Assembly: GCF_964355755.1 (NCBI RefSeq)
Contig: NC_092677.1
Coordinates: 7,152,101-7,216,100, forward strand
Length of the DNA stretch: 64,000 nucleotides
Reading direction: 5' to 3'
Source of the DNA: Antedon mediterranea
Taxonomy: Eukaryota; Animalia; Echinodermata
Part shown: positions 49,501 to 60,900 of the stretch, in pieces
Numbering within the stretch: the stretch's first letter is position 1
How the letters are laid out: each line of letters starts with the position of its first letter
Notes under the pieces: model-generated
Databases searched by the model: none
Seen by the model: only the letters and a program-made list of their open reading frames with translations
Told to the model about the DNA's origin: nothing
Program-made: the position numbers and the translations under genes

Positions 49501-51293
49501 GTGGACAAGACATCTTTAATAGAGGTACTACTGTACCTCATTCTTAGCATAGGATCAACTCCTACAGTTGGCTCGTCCAAAATCAACAACTGAGGTGAAT
49601 GAAGCAACGCGACAGCAAAGGAAACTCTTCTTTTTTGTCCACCACTGTGAAAAAAAGAAATTAAAATCATTTTACAGTAATTGCTTTTAAGTAATATACA
49701 TATAATTATTAGATTTGGATATTATTATTTCACAGCAACACAACCAATATTATCATAAAGTACTTTTTAACTGGGCCAAATAGCCAAAACAACTCCCTTA
49801 TAAACTGTAATGTCTTTAATTACTAAAACAAATATGAACAGTTTTGTCTGTCTTAAGCTGGTTTTCTGTAAGTGAATTTCACTAATGCACATGCTTATTA
49901 ATATCTACCTCCGCCAGAATGGCGAGAGGTTATGAGGTCCATCGGGTGTGTCTGTTTCTTTTTATATTTGTTAGTTAGCAGGATTACTCAAAAAGTCAGA
50001 TTTTCATAAGATTTTAATGGATGTTTTCATAGCTGTATGGGAACATGTGATTCAATTATCATATGCCTGGTTCAAATATCAAGCTAACCACAGGGATTTT
50101 AACTGAAAAAGCTTTATTATTACGTCTTTATTGACATGTGGCATTGGCGGAGGTTTGTGCTCTCTGAGTTTTCTTCTAGTTTCATCTACTTTTTGTGACG
50201 TGCAAAAATGCACAGCCATAACCCTAATGAAAAACAGGCTTTAGGGTGTGTGCTCGCCAGACAGACATACATGTACTGAACACTTCAATAGTGGTTCTCA
50301 CCTTAGGTTAGATATCAAAGATTTTGGTGTGGGAAGGTGAAGCAATTCAACTAGAAACTCTTTCCTGGCTTGCAACTTATCTTTCTTCATGCTACACAAT
50401 GTTCCAAAATAAGTCAATGTTTCATGAATTGTAAATTCTTCATAGAGGGCAGTCTCCTGTATAGGGAAATAAAGCAACTTGCTGTATTATAATTTTCATG
50501 ACATCATCAATAAAGAAGAAGTTTAATATACAGTACACTAATTACAGCATTTATACTCTTATTTATAATGTATTTCTTATTTCTTCACACACCTGAGGCA
50601 TGTATCCAACCATTGGTCCAGGTACGCCATGACCCTGGGTCAATGGTGGCTTTCCGCAGATGATGATGGTACCACTATCATAACGCAATCTACCAAGGCA
50701 GCATCTTAAAAGCGTTGTTTTTCCACACCCACTTGCTCCTAGCAGACCATATCTGTCAAAATACGTACAAATAAGACATGCTACTAAAAATAAATACGTG
50801 CTCTAATATTATTTGAGGGAGGCATGTTCATTTTTATTAGCTGCAATACAATTACATGTATCAAATAATTTCCACAATTAATATCAAGAAGTGATAAAAT
50901 ACAGTTAAAATTGTTTCACAATTTTTTTGTAAAAAATGGAAACCAATGAATTCTACTACAAACATAAATGTTCAAAATTTTCGAGAAAAAAAAAATGCTC
51001 AGGGCGTTTATTTGAGAGATGAATTCACGCAGGGAGTTGAAATATAACCGTTCATCATTCACCTCATGCCATTATTTCAAAGTTGTTATATTTACTGTAT
51101 TATATATATAACTTTTTATATTTTTACAATATTTGGACCAATAAAATATATCTATCTACATACAGTATAAAACTTACATAGTGCCTTGATTTACTGTCAT
51201 GTTTAGGCCATTCAGTACAGGCAGTCGATTCTTTCCGGTGCCATAGTGCTTGTGAATTCCTTGCACGGTGAGGGCTGTGTTTTTTCTAGTCAT
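37545..51293 (-). CDS. ABCH: ABCH-subfamily (often annotated ABCG20/23-like) NBD-TMD half-transporter, 20 coding exons, 704 aa
   Basis: Exons 51178-51293, 50593-50752, 50302-50456, 49537-49644, 48855-48948, 48297-48371, 47759-47815, 46758-46893, 46355-46460, 45427-45595, 44604-44707, 44031-44104, 43671-43720, 43043-43117, 42643-42713, 41909-41997, 41351-41454, 39025-39184, 38309-38413 and 37545-37651 join in phase to 2115 nt. Motifs: Walker [13 protein letters not shown]-loop [12 protein letters not shown], signature LSGGQ, Walker [14 protein letters not shown]-loop [12 protein letters not shown], and TMD motifs [17 protein letters not shown] and SGIMWPLEG. Confidence 0.93.
37715..37801. repeat. 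31-bp minisatellite x~3 in the last ABCH intron
   Basis: GACCAAATATGGCATAGAAAGATAATATTAT repeated. Confidence 0.85.
39972..40286 (-). mobile_element. Near full-length tRNA-derived Deu-domain SINE
   Basis: On the minus strand: A box TGGCCGAGCGG, B box GGTTCGAGGC, central TCGGATAAGGACTATAAACCGTAGGTCC..TTAAAGAACC..GAGTAGGGGGTTACCCCGGTG resembling the Deu core, then an AT-rich tail. Three more copies lie in the window. Confidence 0.8.
41706..41861. mobile_element. PIF/Harbinger-type MITE; related copies at ~45120-45362 and ~59507-59622
   Basis: TIRs are AGCTCTGTTTACACTATCAAAC / GTTTGATAGATGTAGAAAGGGCT, with TAA on both flanks. Confidence 0.75.
43301..43577. repeat. Tandem duplication, ~140-bp unit x2, intronic
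   Basis: TAAAACAGTTTAAATCTCTT...GTTGTTCTGGGCCTCCATGGTTAAA occurs twice. Confidence 0.85.
44339..44474 (-). mobile_element. Deu-domain SINE, 5' (tRNA-head) half
   Basis: Matches 40142-40277. Confidence 0.75.
45680..45990 (+). mobile_element. Degenerate RTE-clade LINE 3' fragment
   Basis: Reads [21 protein letters not shown]...[30 protein letters not shown], the characteristic post-RT C-terminus of RTE-type ORFs. Confidence 0.65.
46057..46363. repeat. 38-bp minisatellite x8 spanning the donor of ABCH coding exon 9
   Basis: Eight identical TTGAAGTAACTGTATACTATATAGCAACTTACCCTGGG units; the last one overlaps the exon end at 46355. Confidence 0.97.
46999..47544. mobile_element. TTAA-flanked non-autonomous DNA transposon (Kolobok-like), 546 bp
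   Basis: TTAA-AGATGTATTGTCCCTT ... AAGGGACAATACATCT-TTAA. Confidence 0.8.
48470..48650. repeat. Degenerate 33-bp minisatellite x~5
   Basis: CCACTGTATCCAGGATACA..CATGTTAC units. Confidence 0.8.
49183..49515. mobile_element. TTAA-flanked MITE (Kolobok-like) nested in an older CAGTAG-ended repeat (~49028-49533)
   Basis: TTAA-AGATGTATTGTCC ... GGACAAGACATCT-TTAA. The flanks rejoin to GTGTCCTCTTAATAGAGG. Confidence 0.72.
49903..50182 (+). mobile_element. Helentron-associated / DINE-1-like non-autonomous element
   Basis: 5' ACCTCCGCCA with a nearby partial inverted copy, short GT-rich/GTTA simple repeats, a 3' inverted TGGCGGAGGT and a terminal ...CTAGTT. This architecture is typical of HINEs. 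Confidence 0.55.
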
Positions 51294-51367
51294 ATTTATG
51301 GATTTCTAGTTCCTATGATAAACAAAAACAATTATTTTGGCAACTATTTGCAAACATTCATAATAGT

Positions 51368-52412
51368 CAGGCCCGTAGCCAGGGGGGTTTTTATGGTTCG
51401 GGCGAACCCCCCCCCTTTACAGCGAACCCCCCTTAACCGACTGCGAACCCCCATTCCCGACATGCCCAATACCTCACCCTCATATTCGAAAATCGTCCAA
51501 ATACGTGCCCCACAGTACAAAAAGTTGTTCGTAAATTAAAAAATTTGTAAACTCGTTCGGAATAACTCATACAGTACCTTCTTCCCTGTATGAGCGTACT
51601 TCGAGTGATATAGTCTGTATAAAGAGTTGCAAATGAATTGCCGATTTTAACCTGAAAAACAAATGTTTGGTCCCTGCATGTAACATGATATTGACGCGTC
51701 TCACAGCGAGCTGGGGGACGGACGAACGATTCGTACAAAAGACACCGCCAGACAACTGCGTACCAATTGTTTAGATCACTGGCAGTCAGGCAGCATGCAT
51801 AAAGTATATAGCCTTCCGACATACATCAGTATTTATGTGTGGCTATGAAGTATGTATCATAGAGGATCATAGTGAATATTAATATTTTACACTATAATAT
51901 CTATGGTATCATGTACTGTAGTTCACATTATGACATCCGATTATTTTTTTCTAGACCACCAGCCGATACGTACTCAAATGTATCAATATCACCTATTTAC
52001 ATTGGCATATTTAATTTCCTCAACAAATTGCTGTAAATAAATATTATAGATAGAGCTATAATAAGAATTGCATTTGCCTTCACCCAGTGTGCTTTTTTCG
52101 GGGCTTCTCCTAGACGTACGTTCGCATTGAACTTGAACGCAAAACAAAATATCGAGTAAATGATCAAACAATCGGTGGTTCCACACAGAGCACGCGCATC
52201 TAACATACGGCAACAAATGTTATCGTTAGTCCATGAGTCCAAGTACGATCGTTTTGCTCATTGGTAGCATGCTGCATGAGAGTGTCTTTTCCGGCCATCT
52301 AGGGGTGTCATTTAACAAAATTTGCTTCGCCTCAGGCCCCACCCCAGGGGTGGGGGTGACCCAAATACTTAGTGTGCGAACCCCCCCTTGACAGATCCTG
52401 GCTACGGCCCTG
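51368..52412. mobile_element. Non-autonomous hAT-type element, 1045 bp, in the ABCH 5'-UTR intron
   Basis: TIRs are CAGGCCCGTAGCCAGG / CCTGGCTACGGCCCTG, with GCGAACCCCCC subterminal repeats at both ends. Flanks are ATAATAGT / ATAGT (an 8-bp TSD with one ATA lost, or a 5-bp TSD). Confidence 0.75.
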
Positions 52413-53314
52413 ATAGTTTATAATTGGCAAATATTGATTTCAAATTTGACAGATAATTCAAAGAATATAAAAATTAAATTTGCTATAAAACTAAAGTCTA
52501 CCATTATACCATGTACCATCTACTGTAGGTCCGTCTATCCACTATTTTACATACTTTAAATTTGTATTAATATAGTAGGGTGTAGTAATGGTGTGGTAAT
52601 GTAGTAGGCTATGCCTAAACTTTAATATGAAAGGCCTAGCTACTACTACTAGCACTACTTTACACTGTAGTATATTAGGCTTGGATCAAAAGTAATTTAC
52701 CGTTCATTTATGGTAAGTTGAAATACGCTTCTGATATGTATGGCATATGCCTAAAATGTCGAAATTTGAAATCAGTTTGTTTTGTTTGTTTTATTAGTTT
52801 CTCCACACATTTTAAAATAAAAGATAAAAATTACAAATTGCAAAAAGAAAATTACAATAAACAAGAAAAACATAAAAAATGTGCGGATGGAGGTCAAAAT
52901 AAGTTGCGGACAACTTTAAGTCGTGACCACCAGTTAAAAAAAAAAAAAAAAAATTAAGTCACTAGCAGCCAAAGCCCATACTTACCACAAACAATTCATC
53001 CAGACAATCATGGGATCTTGGGTAAAGCTGGCCTTTGAGGCTTTAATTGTACCAAACAAATATGATGCGATTGTGAGTATATAAATGATGTAATCAAAAG
53101 CATCAATAGGCTAGTACTCGACTATGAGGATGCACTTGTTACACGCATTCAGTGGCAATTTGAACAATTTAATATTCATTGAAAAAATACCGGAAATTGA
53201 TTATTGTTCACAGTACGTCTAACAACATTATTATTAAACACAAATGGATTACCGTGATTTCTATAATTAATATTAACGCGACTAATGTCATTGTTTACGT
53301 AAACTGCCACATTA

Positions 53315-53770
53315 GTAACTAGGCCTATGCATAGTAGTACTAGGCCTAGCTAGGCCTAGTAGTAGCCTGGCTATATAGCAGAAGTAGGCTATAAGAGCTA
53401 CCTACCTACCTGGTCCTGGCCTACCTAGCATGGAGTTATCTATTTTTATACCTCCACTCCATGTATCTACTACTTACTAGTATGCCTGGTCTGGGAGGGA
53501 CAGGCTAGGCCTACAAGAGAGGGGAGAGACAGAGAGGCTTTTTATAGGTAGGCCAGACCTAGGCCTACTACGTAGACTACAGTACTAGCCTAGGCTAATA
53601 GTAGTAGGCCTAGGCTAGGCGGCCTACTAGCCTAGGCCTAGCCTAGTGTTGTAGTAGCCTAGGTAGGCCTAGCCTAGTAGTAGGCCTAGATAGCTAGTAG
53701 GGAGGGCCTAGGCCTACATAGTATACTGCACACTATAGTACTAGCTAGGCCTAGGGCCTTATCTAGACTA
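53315..53770. promoter_or_regulatory. AGGCCTAG/CTAG-rich island next to the predicted ABCH non-coding first exon (~53802-53900)
   Basis: More than ten GGCCTA motifs in 450 bp, a candidate donor at 53800-53801 and a CpG-containing patch at 53860-53920. The regulatory role is inferred. Confidence 0.45.
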
Positions 53771-54924
53771 ATTATAAGTAAATAAATAAGGAGTTATATA
53801 CCACATTAATAAAACAACACTAAAAAGTAAACATTTGTTTGGGTTCTGCTGCTGCTGCCCAGGTTCGCCGGCCGCGATTTTTTTTTTCGTACATAAGTTG
53901 GGGACCCCTCGTGAAACGTCACAAAATAAACATGAATAATTTATCAGTTAAATTTACTTTTTCCGTGTGCACCCAAGCGTATAGCAACAAGAAGTGATTA
54001 CACCGTACTGCAGCTGTTGTACATTTTCTTCATTCAGCTATAACTGAACTTTAAATTGTACATTTTATTTGTGTAATTACAATTATTACTAATAATTTTT
54101 TATAATAATTATAATTATAAAACTGTAATTTATATATTTTAAAGTTGTTGTGTGTTTTCAATTTATATGTGATTTATGTATGTGGTTTTGAGTCTTTGAT
54201 AGTGCTTGCACTGTTGGCAATCTTCAGGGTACTCCATCCACCACACTTGTATGTATAATGTTGTTGGTTTCTTTCTGTTTGTATACCTGGATATTGAATA
54301 AATAAATAAATAAATAAATAGTATAGCAGTAGTTATTAACAACGCTTTACACAACTTAAGGTCAAAACACTACAATGTATTTTCTTCCAAGAGCTCTTGA
54401 GAAGACAAATGCACATCTACGTCATTGAAATGGGTACTTAAAGTCTTTTATTGGTTTCTAAAACTACACCGAATTTGTTAAACAAATTATTCAATCTGTG
54501 GTAATAAAATTGAAAACCTTTTATGAAAATTCATATGTACATTACTTTGCGGTTCATTCGTGATTAAGTTATACATCTACAAGGAATGCATCCATTTCAG
54601 ACGGAATTTACACTCAATGGAATCATAATAGGTCTACTACATACATTACAGTTCAAACTGTGTGTCATTTATTGTGAAGGTTTTCTTTTCCACCTGAGCA
54701 CCCTCTCGTTTATGCCCTGAAGGTGAGCTAAAACGAAAATTGTTTGGTTTGTTTTTTCATTCAGTCACTACGAGTTCATTGTAAGGTAAGTACAATTTTG
54801 GTCAACGATTTTTTTTCTTTTATCTCGATTTTGATCGGACCCGTAAGATACAACTTCAGATCCATAGCCTCTTTTGAAACGAATACTTTGCTTGAATTAA
54901 GAGCCAGGTTGGAGTTGTATCATC

Positions 54925-55160
54925 TTCTTGGAGGAACTACTAACTATTTGGAAAAAACTAGGCCTACTAACTCCTTTGGTAAACCACTAAATCCTTAGAG
55001 AAGCTACTTACTCAGGGAGGAATTTACTACTGACTACTTGGAGGATACTAACTCCTATACCTAGAGGAACTACTGACTTCTCGACTTGGAGGAACTACTC
55101 TCCTTGACTTAGAGGAACTACTAACTCCTAGACTTGGAGGAACTACTCTACACTCCTTGA
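54925..55160. repeat. Degenerate tandem repeat (CTTGGAGGAACTACTAACT core)
   Basis: The core recurs about 7-8 times with variable spacing. Confidence 0.7.
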
Positions 55161-57937
55161 AAAAAAACATTAACTGGTTATTATTATTATCCTTGCTAAG
55201 CCTTATATTCAGGAAATCTTTAGTTGAATCGCTCTTACCATAGAGATAATACTACTGTAAACGAAAACCTCTTTTAAAGTAAGATAATATAAAGTGATGA
55301 TAAAAATACAGTCATTTGAAAGAAAGAAAAATTCATTGTCGTTTGAATTGAAAATCATGGTGAAGGACGGGGTAATATAATGTGAATAGTTTAGAAATTA
55401 TTTTCTACGGCAACGTGGCTGATTCATCTATTGTCATATGACATTATTATCTGTCTATTATTCTTCATTTATTCACGGATAATAAACCAATTGTATATTG
55501 CCAGTTACTGACCGGGAACATTTAGTTCCGATCCATTGAATACAAGCGTTTGACACAAGTTTATTTCGACGATCTCAATTGAGTCACCTCTTTCTTTTGT
55601 AGTTTAGCCAACCAATAAACAAAAAGTCTTGGCGTGTCACAGTTTTGAGCTTTTGAGCTTTTGTTAATTTTTGTTACTCTTAATTATAGTACTTGCTTTG
55701 TATGTTTGTTTGTTATCACGATAGCACCTATAATTTCAAGTTATCATTCTGACTTTTTTGGTGTAAATAGGTACTTACAGCATGCCTCTTAACATTCAAG
55801 AAAATCGGTTCATTAATATATTCACAAAAAAAATAACAAAAAATTTGTATTCTTTTAACATAGGCCGAAATATCAATATGCGTCTCTGTGGCAATATTTT
55901 GCTTCACTCAGCGCTTTCATAATATTTATTGTTGTATGGTACAAAGTGTGAAAGTAGGTATTTTGATAATAAATTGTTTTCTCGGACTAAGTTACAAGAT
56001 GAATGATTTTTCCGATCTAGATCATTGTGTATTAGGCATTTGAATATAATATGTCATCGACATCACTTAATGAAACGGCACAAACATTTTTAAAAAGAAT
56101 CAAACAAAACTATTTGTTTTTTAAAAAAGGGAAGAGGGGGAGGGGTGTTCACAAATATGAATATTTGTTGGAATAACAATCATTATAACACGATTGATGG
56201 TTTTAATATAATAGAAATAATCGTTAGCAAGAAATTCCCATCGAGAATAAAATTATTATCTAGAATTGAAACCAATATTCAAAATGTATGAATATAACAT
56301 TTTTCACTCACAAAATGTTCATATGTTATTGCCGTTCATAATGTTATACCCGAGCCCGTATACATATTTAACCAATCTTATCTAAGTATAATAATTTTAC
56401 TATGTCGAAACAAAAAGAATGCTCAATCACGTACCCGTCTGGTAGCCTATTTGTTAACAATTCAGTACCATGGTTGAGTTCTCATAGTGAATCGTTACAG
56501 ACATAAAGAAATATGGAACAAAGGTTAGAAACACATTTTTTCTTTCAACTGAAAATAATTATACAAAATAATTGTTCAAATCAACGTTGATTAAAAAAAC
56601 CATAAATATGTTGTTACATATGTGTTTCCTAACACGGTATGCTGTCGGATCACATGCATTTTTTAAAAAAAGATAAATATAGTTATAACATGGACCAAGG
56701 AGGAACCTATACTGGACCTATACTGATTTGTAGGTCCATGGTTATAAAACGAATAGGTAAGCCTACATTCCCAGCAGACTGACAGCCTACACAATAACAA
56801 TACCAACTCAAGAACGGTAAACAATAGACTTAAGATCAAGGCCACGCACTGTATTGTGTTTTGCATACCTCTTGTATCCAAGCTCATGACGTTCTCATAC
56901 CCACTTATTACTAATATCAAGTACTAGGCGGATGTGAAAACACAAGCAGAGAATTAGCATCAATCTTGGTTGTTTTTTTTTTTTCTGGACGTGTCTTTAC
57001 TTCAATAAAAAAAGTAAGATGTTTCGTACTTATGTTATCTATTTTACTAGAAAGTTCAAACAATAGTTTTTATTGACGTCTAGGCCTACGTTTGTGAGGT
57101 GACCATGTTCGGCCTAACATAGACCTACCACTGTTTAAATTACCATGTTAGGCCACCACGCTCTTGGCTATTATAAATTGTCTTTAATTTCACCGATCAT
57201 ATTTGATTTGTTTCATCCAGAAATGCCTGAGTATATGAGTTTGTTTTATATGTTTAACTTTTTCATTTTAAGTTTTTTGTTATTATCATCATTTTGTTGA
57301 TTGATTGATTTTTGTATTTCGTTCTTTCTAGGACGCACCGTTTCACCTAAGTGCCACTGTCACAAAGATTATTGTTTTTTTTAAACAAATCTATAGTGCT
57401 AGTTTTTTATTAATTGTTTTTTTGTCTTTTTTTTGTGATTAACCACCACCTTTATTTATTCAATCTTTCATATGTATTATATTCACATTTCATTTTCGTT
57501 CGTTAAATTTCCTTTTCTGATTTTTACACTTTTAACTTTATAGTGTTCATTATGCATACTTAAAAAATAATTATTCTTTATTCATTATCCGTTTTTAATG
57601 TCATCTTATATACAGTTATTTCACATATTCATTATGGAATTTATGAGTACAGTAGTCATTTTTAACCCATTTCAACCAGTTGTTGTTGAATATAGTTTAT
57701 AGTTCTTACACGCGTGCACAATTTTGATTATCCCCGGTTCACTAAAACATGCAAATTAATTCTATTTTCCATTTCTGTTGTAACATTTTACGGTTGATGA
57801 TTAAACTGGTGGGCGTGTTATTACTCATTTTGATTCATTCAGTGAAGATTGAGACTGTATAACTTGTTTCTATTTCAGTATTGGCATAGATATTTAGAAG
57901 CTAGCAACGTCTGACCACCTAACCAGAAACGTTGACG

Positions 57938-60900
57938 ATGGGAGGCTTCTTAAAGCTGCCTGTTATTTTGGTTCTTGTGTACGGTTGTATTCAGGTAAGT
58001 TTTAATAAATTAATCTTTACACAAACGCTGTAATGTACGGAGTTAAACTCCAATTACACTACAGGGAAAACATTGCAAGCATTTCACAATAAAACTTTAT
58101 CATTGGAAAGTAATCTTTTAGTAGGACTCTAACACATATATGTTTGATTTTGACAATCCTTTACCCTCTTTAAATATAAAATGGATGGACTGGTTGTTTT
58201 TTTTTTTTATTATAAACTGGTTTAAACCAGCATTTTCATACACGTAAACATTGTACAACTGTACTCTAAAATAGTTTTTTTCTGCTGATACGAATTCATT
58301 TTCCATTAAATATTCAGTTTTAAGTTTTGAAATGTAGGCCTACAATTGCTACAAATGCTATGTTCGGTTTGGATCAATTATATTATCAAACATTATCTGT
58401 CATTTTTTTAATAATAGAAATTTATTTTATTCCCAAAAAATCACTTTAGGCCTAAATACATTATATTGTTATGTCTTATTATAATATTATTATTTTGTCT
58501 TTGAAAACTCAAATGCAAAATAGCAATTAGTTACCACGGAATCACTTGTTTGCTTGTAAAAAGGAATATCCAATTACATCATAACAAGATTGCAACCTGG
58601 TTCTAAATTAATTAAATTAAAAAAACAATACATTAATTTGATCAAACCCCAGTCTTACCAAGCATAATGAATAAATTAGTGCCAGGTTTGTAACTCACGA
58701 CTCTTTCAACACTCCCTAAGCCTCAAAAGAGACTTAGTTTATAAGCATGATAAACTATAGGATAATTTGTCTTATCCTGTAATTGGCGAGTTTGTGCTCG
58801 CTGTTGGATGAGTATGAAATAAAGAAAAAATAAAATAATGCCTGTAGGCCTAATGATGGACACACAATTATTGACGACGATGATCAAAGTATATTGATCG
58901 AAACGTTGAGAAACTTAGAAGTTCTTTTCAGAACATATATATGTGGTGTACCGCAAACTTTACATCAACATTTGATTTCGCCATGCAAACCTTCAAAACA
59001 TAATAAAATCATACTAATAATATTTTGGGCTACAATAGTGTTAGAATCTTACTTATTTTGTTACTTATTTTTGTTTACTGTTTTGTCATCTGCGCGCAGC
59101 TCATCGCATTTTTACTGTAACTACGTATACAACTTTCAATAAAATTGTTATCTACAGTATATTATTATCAATCCGGTTTATTAAAATAAGCAGCCACTAA
59201 AAAGTAACCGCAATACCAGAGCTTAATGAAGTGACACTATAGTAATGACTAATAATAATTGAAAAACTGACCTGTGTCACACCATTTTATATGATAAATT
59301 CCATTGGTCAATAAGTGTCATCTGTTGGTTATATATAGTAATACATAATACAGTACTTTAGTAATGAACTGTAAATAGAAATACATATATAGCTTTTCGT
59401 CAGAGTGTGCTCAGTAAACTCGTCAGATGCTTGCCCTATCTGGGACCTAACTCTACTTTACCATGGAGTATATACTATTTTAAATGTTTGTACTAATACA
59501 TATAGGATTCTGTATACACTGTCAAACTTTGTTACAAAAAATATGATATGTTCATATATGGACACGAAGACATATCACTATAATATTTTTGTCAAACTAG
59601 ATTGATAGTGTAGACAGAGCGTAATTCTTTGGTGGGAATCAGAACACACGACCTAAAAGATCACTAGCCTGTTGTTCATACCTCTAGACCACCGAACCTA
59701 CGGTGATGGCTACTGTAGGGTACCAGAATTACTGTATTTGTATTCTCATATACTGTATACGTGTATAAGGTACAAGTACGTCGGAGTCGGCCAAACATCT
59801 GACCATTAAAAAACAACCGTTAAAAACAAAATATTACAATGTAGAAAAAGAACGGAGAACCGTTTATGACGTTAGCCACTGAATGAACATAATACTACAT
59901 TATAATAATTTAAAAAAAGCTAATTTACAAACAGTACACTAATATTTTATGTGTATATGAGGGTTAGGTTATATGTAAAGATAAACTGAGAACCGTTTAT
60001 GACAATGAATGAACATAATACCATATAATAATTGCAAAAAAATACCAATTTATACAGTACACTAATACTTTCCCTTTTAAAAGTAAGTTCATTATTTTAA
60101 TGGCTTCCAGAAATATTACTTTGATTGAAAATACAGTATGTCTAAATTAATTTTTGTGCATTTAAAAAAAGAAATAATTAATTTTGCATCTATTTTTTGT
60201 AAATAATATATATGTACTGTGTAATGTGCTGTGTTTTCGTCAGAAATGATGTATAGGCCTATGTTAAGAAAATCAAGACAATCTAACAACAGGACACTGA
60301 GCTCGCCTTGCCAAGATAGGAACTCGTAACGGTCCTTTGATCTTATGTCTGGCTGCGACAAATACCAACATTACTGCATGTACATTCTCCACGGCGCGCG
60401 GTGTTTGTTAAGGGTCGTGAAAATTATCGTGTCGCAGCCACAGATAAATCCTTTGATCTTCAGCGCTCAGCATCATGTTGTTAGATTGCCTTGAGATAAT
60501 CAATACTCTAACATTCAACGTCACACTTTCATAATGATATCGCTTCTTACACCACTGAGTATGATGAACCCTAGTTTAATCGTACACAAATAAAAGTTAA
60601 TGTTCGAGCATAACACATGCATCTTGTGATCTGAGTAAATGTAAATATAGGCCTACTGTATACTTATCTAGGCTACAATAATTACCAGTATCTGATGATA
60701 CAATATTGTCAATGCTGATGAACAACTAACAGATTCTAATGGGTTTTTTTTATTATAGATATTTGGACAAGTTCATGAAGCCAATCGATGTATCTGGAAC
60801 GATGAATGCAGCGATGATGGCAAGCCATGTTTTAGCAATACAATGCCACAACCTCTCATTGACCCTGAGGGAATTTACCTCCTATCTCAACTATGTCCAA

